NCBI GenBank assembly: GCA_037201605.1
Contig: JBBCGM010000001.1
Location: 147,585 to 211,584, forward strand
Direction of reading: 5' to 3'
DNA: 64,000 nt
From: Candidatus Moraniibacteriota bacterium
GTDB lineage: Bacteria; Patescibacteriota; Minisyncoccia; Moranbacterales; UBA1568
Position 1 is the stretch's first letter. Each line of letters opens with the position of its first letter. The position numbers and the translations under genes are program-made. Positions 21,913 to 33,077 of the stretch are shown piece after piece. The notes below the pieces were generated by a model. That model did no database searches, was not told the origin of the DNA, and was given only the letters and a program-made list of their open reading frames with translations.

Positions 21913-22746
21913 TGGAACCCTCTCCGTCTCTTCTTGATACCATCTCTCTTTCTGTCTCACCCGCATCAGTACTCCAAGGAGAGATCGCCCTCGTGAACAT
22001 AGACGGTTCCACCAATTCAGCAGCCTTGACCGGCCTGACGCTCGGCGGCGAGCCACTTACGATGTTCCCTACACAGAATGGCCTCGCGGCATTTGTCGGC
22101 GTTAACCTCCACAAGGAGCCCGGAATCTACCCGATCATTCTCTACCTAGCAGATGGTAGGGTCCTTAAGGAAAACGCTTGAGATAAAGAAGCGCACTCTG
22201 CCCGTGTCGGATTTCGACATCCCGGAAAGCTTCGGAGGCAATACGCCCGCAGGTGAAGAGAACTTACGAGCAACCTGGAAGCCGACACCAAGATCCTGAA
22301 TGCCGTCACGGCTATCGTAAGCCCGGAAAAACTCTGGGAAGGAAGTTTTCGGGAGCCTCTCGACGGCGCCATCGTGATAACCGATACCTACGGATACAGC
22401 CGCCAGACCGGGGCGACGAATATCAGCCACAACGGGACAGATTTCCGGGCGGCCGTAGGTACGCCTGTCTACGCGATGAATAGCGGCAAAGTAGCGTTCG
22501 CCGGGACCTTCCGCAATTACGGGAATACGGTCATCATCGATCACGGTCTTGGCCTTATGACCATGTATATGCACCTCTCAGAACTCAGTACGACACTCGA
22601 TAAAAACGTTGAAAAAGGAGAGCTTATCGCGAAAAAGCGGCAATACGGGCTACTCGCTCGGCCCCCATCTCCACCTCTCCGTCCGCATCAATGGCTCCTC
22701 TATCGATCCCGAGAAATTCCTCGAACTCATGAATAAAGAGGAGTAG
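21913..22746 (+). pseudogene. M23-family peptidase, frameshifted; start uncertain
   Basis: ..YGYSRQTGATNISHNGTDFRAAVGTPVYAMNSGKVAFAGTFRNYGNTVIIDHGLGLMTMYMHLSEL...GELIAK then, in another frame, SGNTGYSLGPHLHLSVRINGSSIDPEKFLELMNKEE*. Confidence 0.8.
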
Positions 22747-23154
22747 CTCTTGAGGCTATTTTAGATACGTATAAAAAGAAAAAGGGATCCTCGTTGGGTA
22801 TCCCTTTAGTGTGATGAGAAAGGCGTGGTACTACCGGCTACATTTTCATTCTGCGAGGAAGTGCAATCGAATTACCCTCCCCACGTCTATAAAAAGGTCG
22901 AATGCCTAAGAGCTTCGGTGCATCAAATCTAATGGCTTCAAGACCTTAGCTACTCATCAGGGTTTTTAATCCCTCTCTGCTCTACAAACCCAGGCTCGTC
23001 GACTCGGCTCCGGGTAGGGCCTTTAGAGGTATTGAGCATTTCGTACCACGCTTAAAAGATAGAATAATAGTGCCCAAAAAGCAAATTTGCAACAAAAAAA
23101 GCCCTTAAATGAAGGCTAGAGTCTGTTGGAGTTGTGGGGACGCTGTGGGAACTT

Positions 23155-23721
23155 CTATTCGGACAAGTTTATCCAAAAACGAAGACTGGCACACCCTTCT
23201 CTTCATCAAGGATCTCATTCTGAAGTACCCCGCCTTGACTCTCTAAATTTTTCTAGAGCCGATATTATCCTTATCACACGTGAGGAGTACTCTATCAAGG
23301 CCCAGTTGTTGGCTTTTTCAATTCCTAGTTCAAGAATTTTCTTTCCATAATCCTTCTTACGTTCTGTGGGGCGAATGTCATAACCTATATGTCCTCCGAT
23401 CTTCTCAAGCTGCGGGTTAAGTTTATGACGAATAGTAACTCTGCCGATGTATTTATCATTATTTATGAGCCAATATTCTGACTGTGGAACTTTTGCAAAA
23501 ATAATGTCAGGATCCGGTGACTTCAACATTTCAATCTTATGTAAAAGAGTATTGAAATCCTCTTTAAAGTCAGCAATATCTTTTTCTGAGTACCTTCCTC
23601 CTCCTGGATCAGATTGAAATTCTTCTAGAGCTTCAATAAAACTCTCCTTATAGACTTCAGAAGGATTTTCTAAACGAGCGGGTTTCAATAGACTCCTTTC
23701 TCTCCGGAATACCTTTTTCAA
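23155..23721 (-). pseudogene. GNAT-family N-acetyltransferase, C-terminus frameshifted
   Basis: ORF 23215..23721 (..YWLINNDKYIGRVTIRHKLNPQLEKIGGHIGYDIRPTERKKDYGKKILELGIEKA). The continuation GLDRVLLTCDKDNIGSRKI and ..GGVLQNEI.. is in other frames. Confidence 0.7.
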
Positions 23722-23969
23722 ATTTTTCCATAAAATTTACCAGTTGGGCCTATGAGACGCTGTTGGAACCTATTTAACTGTAAACCAAGAGATTAAGTCC
23801 AACCAATCCAATATAATAATCCCCCTATAAACAGTGCTAAAATCACTTTTCCCCACCACGTCTCATACCAATAAGCCGAAGAAGCATTGTTTACTTTTAA
23901 ACTATTTTATTGCCTGTTATAGAATTTTTATCTCTCCCTATGAATTCCCATATCTTTTAATTTCCAGTT

Positions 23970-24392
23970 TCAACTTTCTGAATCATTTCCAATAATTGAA
24001 TTTTTATCTCTCCCTATGAATTCAATATGAACAGAAAATTGCTCTCGAATATACCGATCATATTCATTCAACTTATCTATCCAGGCTTCTAACCTATTGT
24101 TTAATGAGTTCATTTTTATGCTGATACCTATTCTTGCCAGAGCGGAAGCGCGAGCATCTCGAAAGTTATAAAGTTCTCTTTCTGAAACAAAAACGGTAGT
24201 TAATGATCCAATAACTTTATCTCTCCATTCAAATACTAGTTGATTTAATACGCTTATATCTTCACTTCCCTCACTTCGTAATTTAAGATACTTCTCATTA
24301 ATTTGATCCTTTAACTTATAGCCAGAAACTATACACTCTTCAATTACACTTATTCCTAGTTCCGGTTCAACTTTTAAATAAGGTAAAGTCAT
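23970..24392 (-). CDS. hypothetical protein (140 aa), last gene of the TIR-like cluster
   Basis: Intact AT-rich ORF 18 nt downstream of TIR-like gene 1. No recognisable domain. Confidence 0.5.
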   Translation of the reverse strand: MTLPYLKVEPELGISVIEECIVSGYKLKDQINEKYLKLRSEGSEDISVLNQLVFEWRDKVIGSLTTVFVSERELYNFRDARASALARIGISIKMNSLNNRLEAWIDKLNEYDRYIREQFSVHIEFIGRDKNSIIGNDSES

Positions 24393-24410
24393 AACTTTTA
24401 ATAGAAAGAT

Positions 24411-24823
24411 CTACCTACCGGCTTTTTGCGCAGCGGCTTCTATCCATTCTGCGAATTTTGTATGATCCCATTTATAGACGGGGGCACCGAATCTACTTAT
24501 CCAGAGTGGTCCATGCTTTTCTTGATTAGGTAAAAGGATTCCAATTATTCCCTTTTTATCCTCCAAACTTTTATTGAGTTCGTACTGGCACCAGGGTCTA
24601 GAATAAGTTTTTTCACCAATTAAGAAACAAGTAACGCTAGTATTATTTAAACCGGAATCAATCAGTCTTTTAACGGCCCCCTCTTTGGTTTTAGGCAGTT
24701 TCCCATAAGGAAGAATCATAGAACCCTGTTTCAGAAGTTGGTTTTAAATTGACCACAATTTCTGACAATATTAGCATTCATTATATCATCGTAATGAAAG
24801 CTAAAAAATACTTTTCTGGTCAT
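24411..24823 (-). pseudogene. TIR-like DUF1863 (ThsB-like) protein 1, two frameshifts
   Basis: MTRKVFFSFHYDDIMNANIVRN.. / ..ETGFYDSSLWE.. / ..KRLIDSGLNNTSVTCFLIGEKTYSRPWCQYELNKSLEDKKGIIGILL.. Confidence 0.7.
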
Positions 24824-24827
24824 AGAT

Positions 24828-25326
24828 TTAGTACTGGTTTCTTATTTTTATAGCCTCTTCTACAGCAGCTGATAAATACTTTGAAATCCAATCGTATCTA
24901 TCTTTGCTGTTTGTACCGCCTGGATTGTAGCATTTTACTATCTTAGAAGTTTTTCCCCTTTTCCGCTCCAACATAGTTAAAGGGACTTGTTCCTTTGTTA
25001 CTTATGTATCCATTCTGATCCTTTAAACCATGTATGTATATTCCAACTAGACCCATGCCAGAATTCCATGATTCTGCTATTTCGTAAGTAATCCATTTTC
25101 TATTAGCAGTTTTTCTCACCAATGAGTACCACTGTACATGACCTACCTTTCATCTGATCAACAATCCATTTTTTTATAGCGGTATCTCCCCCTTTTGGTG
25201 ATCGTCTCCCAATCATTATCCGGAGCCGGTCGATTTCCCCTCAATGGCTCCTATACTTCTCACGGTTGCAGCTCTCCAACAATCTTGGGAGTAATGAAAA
25301 CTATAAAAAGCTTTCTCTACTGGCAT
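24828..25326 (-). pseudogene. TIR-like DUF1863 (ThsB-like) protein 2, frameshifted near the C-terminus
   Basis: MPVEKAFYSFHYSQDCWRAATVRSIGAIEGNRPAPDNDWETITKRGDTAIKKWIVDQMKGRSCTVVLIGEKTANRKWITYEIAESWNSGMGLVGIYIHGLKDQNGYISNKGTSPFN... ...EEAIKIRNQY*. Confidence 0.75.
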
Positions 25327-25407
25327 AAGTTTTTAATTTTCTCTAAATTAGGCACAATTAGAATCACTAATATGAGAGGTAAATAAAACCATAAGAGTGT
25401 TGTTGAA

Positions 25408-25741
25408 GTCATTGCGTTAAGGGGTCTATTTTCAGCAAACTTTTCATATTCTTTTGTATCATTGAAAAGTCTATATCTTCTTCTTTTTTCTTACGAACTT
25501 CATTATAAAGATCACGAAATTTTCGTTCTTGAGAAAGAAAAGTATCCGTCCAAAATCCAAAAAACAATCACCATTAAAAAGTCCAATGAGCATAAATTCT
25601 GGCCGCGAGTCCTTGGCTGCTAGAGCAAATAGGGCAGCCACTAGAGTAACAGTCCAGCCTTTAAGGAAAAATAAGTTTCCAGACATCCTACAGATAGTAG
25701 TTTGAATAAACTGTAAGTGTTTCTGGCTTATTGCTTTCCAT
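25408..25741 (-). pseudogene. small two-TM membrane protein, frameshifted; first gene of the TIR-like cluster
   Basis: MESNKPETL.. / ..SGNLFFLKGWTVTLVAALFALAAKDSRPEFMLIGLF / PVIVFWILDGYFLSQERKFRDLYNEVRKKEEEDIDFSM... Confidence 0.45.
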
Positions 25742-25795
25742 GGCCCGTAAGGATTAGGTAAACTCTAAATTATAGCAAAAATTTATTAAAACAAC

Positions 25796-25819
25796 AAAAC
25801 CCGCCTTGCAGCGGGTTTT
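25796..25819 (-). terminator. intrinsic terminator ~300 nt downstream of the 16S 3' end
   Basis: Minus-strand aaaacccgctgcaaggcgggttttgttgtttt. Confidence 0.75.
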
Positions 25820-25984
25820 GTGACCTACAGGAGGACCAAAAGGAATTCCTTTACCTTTCTATCCAGTGTATAAAATTCTGATCGATCACCGGCTTGCGCC
25901 GGCTCTGTGTCAAACATTACTCCGCTGATGAAACCGTTCGCGGGTTTCGGCTCGGTATGCCTCTTCACAACAATTAATCAAAAT

Positions 25985-26002
25985 CTTTTGTGGTTAGTCC
26001 TT
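25985..26002 (-). other. 3' half of the 16S processing stem
   Basis: cttttgtggttagtcctt is the reverse complement of 27830-27846 (17 of 18 nt). Confidence 0.7.
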
Positions 26003-26116
26003 TTTCTGACGAAGATCTTTCGGCTAGTTGGTTTCCCGAACTTCGACGTTCGGGGCGACCTACTGGTGTTAAGAAATTGAGATGACTCTCAACTACTTAA
26101 CTCACCATTACTCCCT

Positions 26117-27680
<1,564 letters not shown>

Positions 27681-27829
27681 AAAGAGGAATGAGATGTTAA
27701 CCTTTCCACAGCCTCTCGGTGGAAAGGCACTCCCGAAGGAATGTCTCGATTGCGATAGCCCGTAGGCTATCTGAATTGAAGAGGATCTCCGTCATATGAC
27801 ACTTGACTCCCGAAGGAGAGAAAAGCGCC

Positions 27830-27846
27830 AAGGACTAACCACAAAA
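27830..27846 (-). other. 5' half of the 16S processing stem
   Basis: aaggactaaccacaaaa is complementary to 25985-26002. Confidence 0.7.
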
Positions 27847-27936
27847 AATTGTGATTGTTGCTCTGGTAGAAATTGTTAAGTTACTTGGTTTTTCCGAGAA
27901 ATAAAAGCAATCCGGATGGCTCTAGATTGCTTGTCA

Positions 27937-27965
27937 AATATAGAGGATATCCCCAAAGGTGTCAA
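27937..27965 (-). promoter_or_regulatory. 16S promoter (TTGACA-17-TATATT on the minus strand)
   Basis: Minus-strand TTGACAcctttggggatatcctcTATATT, ~260 nt upstream of the mature 5' end. Confidence 0.65.
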
Positions 27966-28100
27966 GGGTTCGGAATGGGCGGTTTTTGGCTTCTCCAAAG
28001 GCTTTTTCGCACCCCCTGCCCAGCTATTGACAAGGAGTATTAAATGTATTACATTATAAATACTTTTGATTCCTCTTCTCTGGAGCGAAAGGATAGAGAA

Positions 28101-28339
28101 ATGTCTGTTCATCGATTTCCTACAGTTCCTTCTCGTCGTCGCATGCCTCGCTGGCTCAAGATATTGGGCATCCTGGCATTCATCGTATGGCTAGGGATGC
28201 TGGCGAACGATATCCTGATACTGAAAAATCCAAAGCTCTTCATGTCGACGTGAGTTACGGACTAGGTATTCTCCTCGCCTACTGCATGGTAAGTCTCCTA
28301 GAAATCTGGTTCGCGTATCGCGCGAAGCATGGCGGCTAG
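28101..28339 (+). pseudogene. small two-TM membrane protein, one frameshift (tentative)
   Basis: Promoter TTGACA(28028)-17-TACATT. ORF MSVHRFPTVPSRRRMPRWLKILGILAFIVWLGMLAND.. continues in another frame as ..VSYGLGILLAYCMVSLLEIWFAYRAKHGG*. Confidence 0.35.
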
Positions 28340-28416
28340 GCGAATAGCATTACGAAAGCAAGGAGTGAAAGGCTGGATCTCAACCGAGGATTCCGGCCTT
28401 TTTCTTACCCTATTTT

Positions 28417-28464
28417 TTAAGCCAAAAGTACTCTCTTGACAAAATGGTAAAAAGAGAGTATAAT
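28417..28464 (+). promoter_or_regulatory. consensus promoter cassette 1 (TTGACA-17-TATAAT) with embedded 8-bp inverted repeat
   Basis: ttaagccaaaagtACTCTCTTGACAaaatggtaaaAAGAGAGTATAAT. ACTCTCTT and AAGAGAGT flank the spacer. Confidence 0.7.
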
Positions 28465-28515
28465 GTTGCCATAGTCCGCGACTTGTCAAAGTCGCTTTTA
28501 CAAACGGGGGAAATC

Positions 28516-29462
28516 ATGGATACACACCAACCGGCTTCCAGCTCGCTTCGCCCTGACAGCAAGCGTCTGGGTACGGCGGCACCTGACGCTCGTATTCTTC
28601 GTCCTCATCCAACCGACGACGAAAGAACCGGAGCAGATTGAGGAGACGAAAGTCTTCTCGCAACCTGCGGAAACAACGCAGGGCGGGTCCCGGCGCCAAT
28701 GGAGTTCGAAATACCTGAGACCGCGGCTCCGCCGCTTCCTTCTGCCGCAGACGGCCCCGTAGTCGTCATCGACCCAGGTCATGGCGGCGCGGATCCCGGA
28801 TCGCATGGCAAAGATCGGCAAGCAGCCGGTCTACGAAGCGCCCTACGTCTATGACGTAGCGCTCCGTCTCGCGCAAGCGATTCAAACCCAAGGCGGCGGT
28901 AGCGCTTCTCACGCGCGAGACGCCGGGCATCGATCGCCCGATCGAGGCTAGCCCGAGCTCTCTCCTGCCGCTCCAGCGAAGGACGTGTTTCCGGGAGAAA
29001 CGGGTTGCAAGTACGGGCTGGAACGCTGGGCATCGAACAGCGTCTGGCTACGGTGCGCTCGGCCATGGCTGCTTACCCGGAAAAGGGAAGTGCTCTACGT
29101 GTCGATTCATTTCGACGCACAGTCACCAAAATTCCGCGGCCGTAATCAATCGTAGTGCCGGAAAGCAACGACCCTGCACTCGCACAGCGGCTTATCAGCG
29201 GCTTCGGCGAGGCCAAGCGTTTTGCGTGAGCGCCTCGACAAGGGTGTCTGGCAACAGTACAACCCGATCGTGTTCGAGCGCTATCCGGAACCTCTACGTC
29301 ATGCGCGCGGATAAAAATCCGGCTCAAGAACGCGTGCTCGTCGAACTTGGGAATTTCGGCAACCAGGCTGACGTCTGGCGCATCCGCAACCCGGCGATCC
29401 GACAGGAATACGCTTGAAATCATGGCCAAGGCTATCATGTCGGGGGCCGCCCTAAGGGTTGA
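28516..29462 (+). pseudogene. N-acetylmuramoyl-L-alanine amidase (Amidase_3), many frameshifts
   Basis: Fragments VVVIDPGHGGADPGS, ..PVYEAPYVYDVALRLAQAIQ.., ..LYVSIHFDA.., ..NLYVMRADKNPAQERVLVELGNFGNQADVWRIRNPAIRQEYA.. lie in several frames. Confidence 0.75.
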
Positions 29463-29490
29463 ATCTCTCATCAGATTCAACCCTTTTTTT
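29456..29490 (+). terminator. intrinsic terminator
   Basis: gggttgaatctc-tcat-cagattcaaccc followed by ttttttt. Confidence 0.75.
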
Positions 29491-29496
29491 GTCCCC

Positions 29497-29550
29497 TACT
29501 TAAGCCAAAAGTGCTCTCTTGGACAAAATGGTTAAATAGAGAGGTATAAT
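29497..29550 (+). promoter_or_regulatory. promoter cassette 2 (near-copy of cassette 1 with two extra G)
   Basis: cttaagccaaaagtgctctcttGgacaaaatggttaaatagagagGtataat. Confidence 0.55.
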
Positions 29551-29589
29551 ATTAGATAGTTGGTTTGACATCTACAAAGGGGATTTGAA

Positions 29590-30002
29590 ATGACCAAGAG
29601 GGAAAAGAACCTGTTCGTGATCGCTTTCCTGTCGCTCGCCATCATGGCGATCGGCAGCCTCGGTCCCGATGTTTATCGTCGGCGCCGGGTACGAATTCCT
29701 GTTCGCCATCATCGTCGGCAGGCTCGGTCTGGGCGCCTCGATCTACCTCCTGAAGCAGCCGCTCTATGAGCAGGCTTCGGCTTCGAAGATGATCATCAAG
29801 CGCCAATACACGCTGCGCGATCGCCTCGGCGATCTGCTCCGCGACGGCAACGCCTCCGTGGAGCGGTTCAAGGAGAACCATCCCGATCTCTAACCTTCTT
29901 CTTCAGATCGGCGTGATCCTCGTGATCGGCGGCAGCCTCTGCCTCATCTTCGTGGCCGGGCGACCCTCTGCCACGCATCTAGCAGCAACGCTGCAACTAT
30001 AA
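29590..30002 (+). pseudogene. small membrane protein, two frameshifts
   Basis: MTKREKNLFVIAFLSLAIMAIGSLG / MFIVGAGYEFLFAIIVGRLGLGASIYLLKQPLYEQ...ENHPDL / ..FFFQIGVILVIGGSLCLIFVAG..*. A terminator lies at 30003-30035. Confidence 0.45.
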
Positions 30003-30114
30003 GGACCCGCAAGCCTCACCGCTTCGGGTCCTTTTCTTTATTCTCGCAAATACTTGACAGGGAGGAGTATAATGAAAGCTAGTTCGTGAATGTCTCAAGC
30101 GGAGGGAGCGTCCC

Positions 30115-30285
30115 ATGACTACAAAGAAGACTACCGAACCCCAAGTCCCAGTCGGCTCGGAGACAGAGCGTAGCTGGAAGCTCTTTGGCGTCACGATTGG
30201 AGTGATTGTGCTCTCCCTTCTTGGCGTAGCGGTGTTGTGCATGTTGGGAGCCTTGACCGGCAATCCAATCCATCTCAACCCATGA
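30115..30285 (+). CDS. small single-TM protein (56 aa)
   Basis: RBS ggaggg 6 nt before the ATG. Sequence MTTKKTTEPQVPVGSETERSWKLFGVTIGVIVLSLLGVAVLCMLGALTGNPIHLNP*. A bidirectional terminator follows. Confidence 0.5.
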   Translation: MTTKKTTEPQVPVGSETERSWKLFGVTIGVIVLSLLGVAVLCMLGALTGNPIHLNP

Positions 30286-30357
30286 CGAGGCGCGCGGCGC
30301 CGAAAAGGGCTGGTATCCAAACGGATCCCAGCCCTTTTTCTTTTCCTAGAGAATCCC

Positions 30358-30867
30358 CTAACGCATGAGGCGCTTGTTGATAAAGAAGAGTACGAAGAGC
30401 GGGCCGAGCATCCAGAACACCGAGGGGAAGGGATTGGTGAAGTAGCCGTAGACGGTGTGCGAGAGGTAGTCGAGAGCAACCTCCTGCGGGAAGAAGAAGA
30501 GGAAGGAACTCAGCACCATGCCGGTGACGAGGAGACTCATGACGCCCAGGCGCCAGAAGAAGTCCGAGCCGCGGTTGGAAAGGTGGATGTCAAACAGGCG
30601 CTGATCGATAAGGAGGAGGAAGATGAAGACAAGCGAGAAGATGATGACGTTCGCATACGCAGCATCTGCAATCCAGTCAGTCGGAATGACCGAGACCAGG
30701 GCCCGGGCCACATAGACGTCGATCATGACCGAAAGGAGCTTGGTGCGACCGAAGACAAAACCGAAACCGATGGAAAGGCCGACGAAAAGCAGGATGAGCG
30801 ACAGGTCGCCGGTCAGGTTTTCGGCAAGTTTGATATCGGGCAGGAAACCGAAAAGGCTCTGAAACAT
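30358..30867 (-). CDS. polytopic membrane protein (hypothetical)
   Basis: ORF 30358..30909. The likely start is MFQSLFGFLPD (30867). Five hydrophobic helices. Confidence 0.6.
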   Translation of the reverse strand: MFQSLFGFLPDIKLAENLTGDLSLILLFVGLSIGFGFVFGRTKLLSVMIDVYVARALVSVIPTDWIADAAYANVIIFSLVFIFLLLIDQRLFDIHLSNRGSDFFWRLGVMSLLVTGMVLSSFLFFFPQEVALDYLSHTVYGYFTNPFPSVFWMLGPLFVLFFINKRLMR

Positions 30868-30948
30868 AGGCTTTTCCCAAAGTGTAGACGGCTCCTCGGC
30901 CCCTGTCAAAGCAGCCCTCAGTCGGCTATACTGTGGCTATATTCCCCT

Positions 30949-32418
30949 ATGCAGCGTATCCGTCCCTTCCTCTTTTGGCTGTTTGTGGCGCTTTTCTTTG
31001 CCACGACTGCTTTGGTATTGTTCTATACCTTCGGCTACCGGTTCAGTACCAGCCGGGGCATTTTCATCTACACGGGCTCGATTACCGTAAGCGCCAATCC
31101 TTCGACCGTTTCCATCCTGCTCGACGGAGAGCCGGTGCCGCCCAACCGCTTGGGACTGGTCAACCGCTCCAGCCACATTCCAGGGATAGGGCCGGGCGAA
31201 CACTTTCTGTCTGTCACAGCCCCAGGCTACAGTACCTGGGAGAAAAAAGTGGTAGTCGAAAGCGGTCTCTCGACCGAATTCTGGAACGTGCTTTTAGGCA
31301 AGACTGATCCTCAGCCGGAAACAGCTGCCGAGAGCGCCTCGGCAATGCGCGCCTACCCGTCGCCCAAGAACAGCCTGATCGCGCTCGCCAAGAACACGGG
31401 AGGCGAGTTCTCCCTCGACGTCTACAACACCAATAATCAGAGCGGCAAGCAGGTCTTCTCGCTCCCGAACGCTACCCTTCTCGGAGAAGACGAGGACGGC
31501 GTCGAGTGGTCGCCGGATGCCGAAAAACTCTTCATTCCGGTGCGCCAAGACGGACAGATCCGTTACTTCGTCGTTGATGCCGAAACCCTTGTCTCGTCGG
31601 AGCTCACTACACTTACACCGGACGGCAAGCGCAAATACCTGCGCTGGCAGCCGGGGCAAAAGCACGTACTCTTCCTGGTGGATCAGGGAGTACTTTCCCT
31701 CATCGATACAGAGAGCGAAACACTCGCACCGGAAAGAGTACGCGCAGAGGTAGCGACGTACGATCTCTCGGGACAGTTCCTGTACATACTTACCAAAAGC
31801 GGCCTGGTCTTTCGGACGCTCGCCGATAGCCCCACGGACGATGCTCGCCAAGTCACGACAGCTCCCCTGCCGGTAGCAGAAGACGGCAACCCAACGCTCG
31901 GCGTCTACGATGCTGACCGCATCGCCTTTCTCGACAAACGCTCCGGGGTACTCTCGCTTTACAACAACCGGCCCGACGGAGGTCCGACGCTCAGCACCCT
32001 GCTGCCCGAGGGCGGACGCGGGATGCAGTTCTCCGACGATGGCAAAAAACTCCTCTATTTCACGGAAAATGAGGTGAATGTATCCTTCCTGCGGGAGTGG
32101 GAGGTCCAGCCGGTACGCGAGGCCGGTATGACGCTCCAGGTCGCCCGCCTTTCGCAGCCCATCAGCTTTGTCCAGTGGACGCGCGACTACGAACACGTGC
32201 TCTACGCCGTAGGCGGGAGCGTCAAGGTGATCGAACTCGACAGCCGCGACCGGCGGAACATTTTCGACCTGATCAATTTCGAAAAGACGCCACTCCAGAT
32301 CCTCTCGCGTTTCGAGCAAAATCAAGTCTACTTTATCGAAGACAAGGCGGATGCAGAGCGAGGCTTACGGCTGCTCCAATTCCCCGAGCCTCAGACTTTC
32401 CTGGGCTTTAGCCAGTAA
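30949..32418 (+). CDS. membrane-anchored PEGA-domain protein with C-terminal beta-propeller-like region
   Basis: Start MQRIRPFLFWLFVALFFATTALVLFY (TM). PEGA-like ITVSANPSTVSILLDGEPV...LSVTAPGYSTWEKKVVVESG. Repetitive beta-rich C-terminus. The long in-frame upstream extension in the track is antisense to 30358..30867. Confidence 0.7.
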   Translation: MQRIRPFLFWLFVALFFATTALVLFYTFGYRFSTSRGIFIYTGSITVSANPSTVSILLDGEPVPPNRLGLVNRSSHIPGIGPGEHFLSVTAPGYSTWEKKVVVESGLSTEFWNVLLGKTDPQPETAAESASAMRAYPSPKNSLIALAKNTGGEFSLDVYNTNNQSGKQVFSLPNATLLGEDEDGVEWSPDAEKLFIPVRQDGQIRYFVVDAETLVSSELTTLTPDGKRKYLRWQPGQKHVLFLVDQGVLSLIDTESETLAPERVRAEVATYDLSGQFLYILTKSGLVFRTLADSPTDDARQVTTAPLPVAEDGNPTLGVYDADRIAFLDKRSGVLSLYNNRPDGGPTLSTLLPEGGRGMQFSDDGKKLLYFTENEVNVSFLREWEVQPVREAGMTLQVARLSQPISFVQWTRDYEHVLYAVGGSVKVIELDSRDRRNIFDLINFEKTPLQILSRFEQNQVYFIEDKADAERGLRLLQFPEPQTFLGFSQ

Positions 32419-32480
32419 TAAAAAGCTGGCAGGAGAACATGTCTCCTGCCAGCAGGGTTTCGGCAGATGCCGATGAAATG

Positions 32481-32636
32481 TTAGGCCGCGGATGTCCGGG
32501 GAACGAACGCGCCGAGCCACTTATTGGCCATTTTGGCCGAGGTCGACAGCACGATGCCCTGGAGCTCAAGCGCGGCGCACGTTGCGTTCACGGCATTGTC
32601 GAGGAACGAAGTGTACGCAGGGTGAGAAAAAAACAT
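32481..32636 (-). CDS. small hypothetical protein (51 aa)
   Basis: RBS aaggag 7 nt before ATG 32636. A hairpin terminator at 32420-32455 is shared with the convergent gene. Confidence 0.35.
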   Translation of the reverse strand: MFFSHPAYTSFLDNAVNATCAALELQGIVLSTSAKMANKWLGAFVPRTSAA

Positions 32637-32710
32637 TCTGGCTATCTCCTTTTTTCTCGGTTCCCATTCGGAAGCGAGGGACCTCAGGATACCAGAAAAA
32701 AGGCAGCGGG

Positions 32711-32953
32711 TCAAGAAGGTGTGGTTCTGCCTTTACTTATCCGCCTGTTGATAAGAAAAGCGATCGGAAAAAGCGAAAGTGCGTAGTCGCCCTCTTCTTC
32801 TACAAGTCTCACCTCATCGAAAAGCTGACTCGCTAACCCAGAAGTGATAGGTGTATAGTCGATCCCCTCCAAAGCAGGAGTCGAAAGAATGGTGCCACAC
32901 AAAGCAGCTGTACGAATGCGAGACCTGCTATGAGTACTAAAAGAACTTTCCAT
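32711..32953 (-). CDS. small hypothetical protein (80 aa)
   Basis: Strong RBS aggaggggg 2-5 nt before the ATG. Confidence 0.45.
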   Translation of the reverse strand: MESSFSTHSRSRIRTAALCGTILSTPALEGIDYTPITSGLASQLFDEVRLVEEEGDYALSLFPIAFLINRRISKGRTTPS

Positions 32954-33077
32954 TTCCCCCTCCTAAAAAGTGGATATTTAAATATAGCGAGTTTTTCGAA
33001 AAAGAAAAGGCGGCCAGGGAGGCGAGGCTCCCGGCCGCTTTTCACATTCTATTAGTAGTCCCCTGGTTGTTCGAGTG

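Noticed and set aside
22822-23051. Possible ~230-nt structured RNA closed by a 9-bp stem (gcgtggtac/gtaccacgc), with a CUGAUGA string on the minus strand suggesting a hammerhead ribozyme.
   Set aside because: A 9-bp complement at this distance is expected by chance about once in a few hundred bp of searched space. The remaining hammerhead elements (stem II hairpin, GAAA, cleavage-site helix) are absent.
31294-32325. 343-aa ORF on the minus strand, together with other long antisense ORFs (988..1587, 43242..44018, 55472..56134, 62739..63464, 39785-region overlaps).
   Set aside because: They lie antisense to genes with clear family signatures, have no RBS, and are Arg/Gly/Leu-rich. That is typical of mirror-frame ORFs in high-GC DNA.
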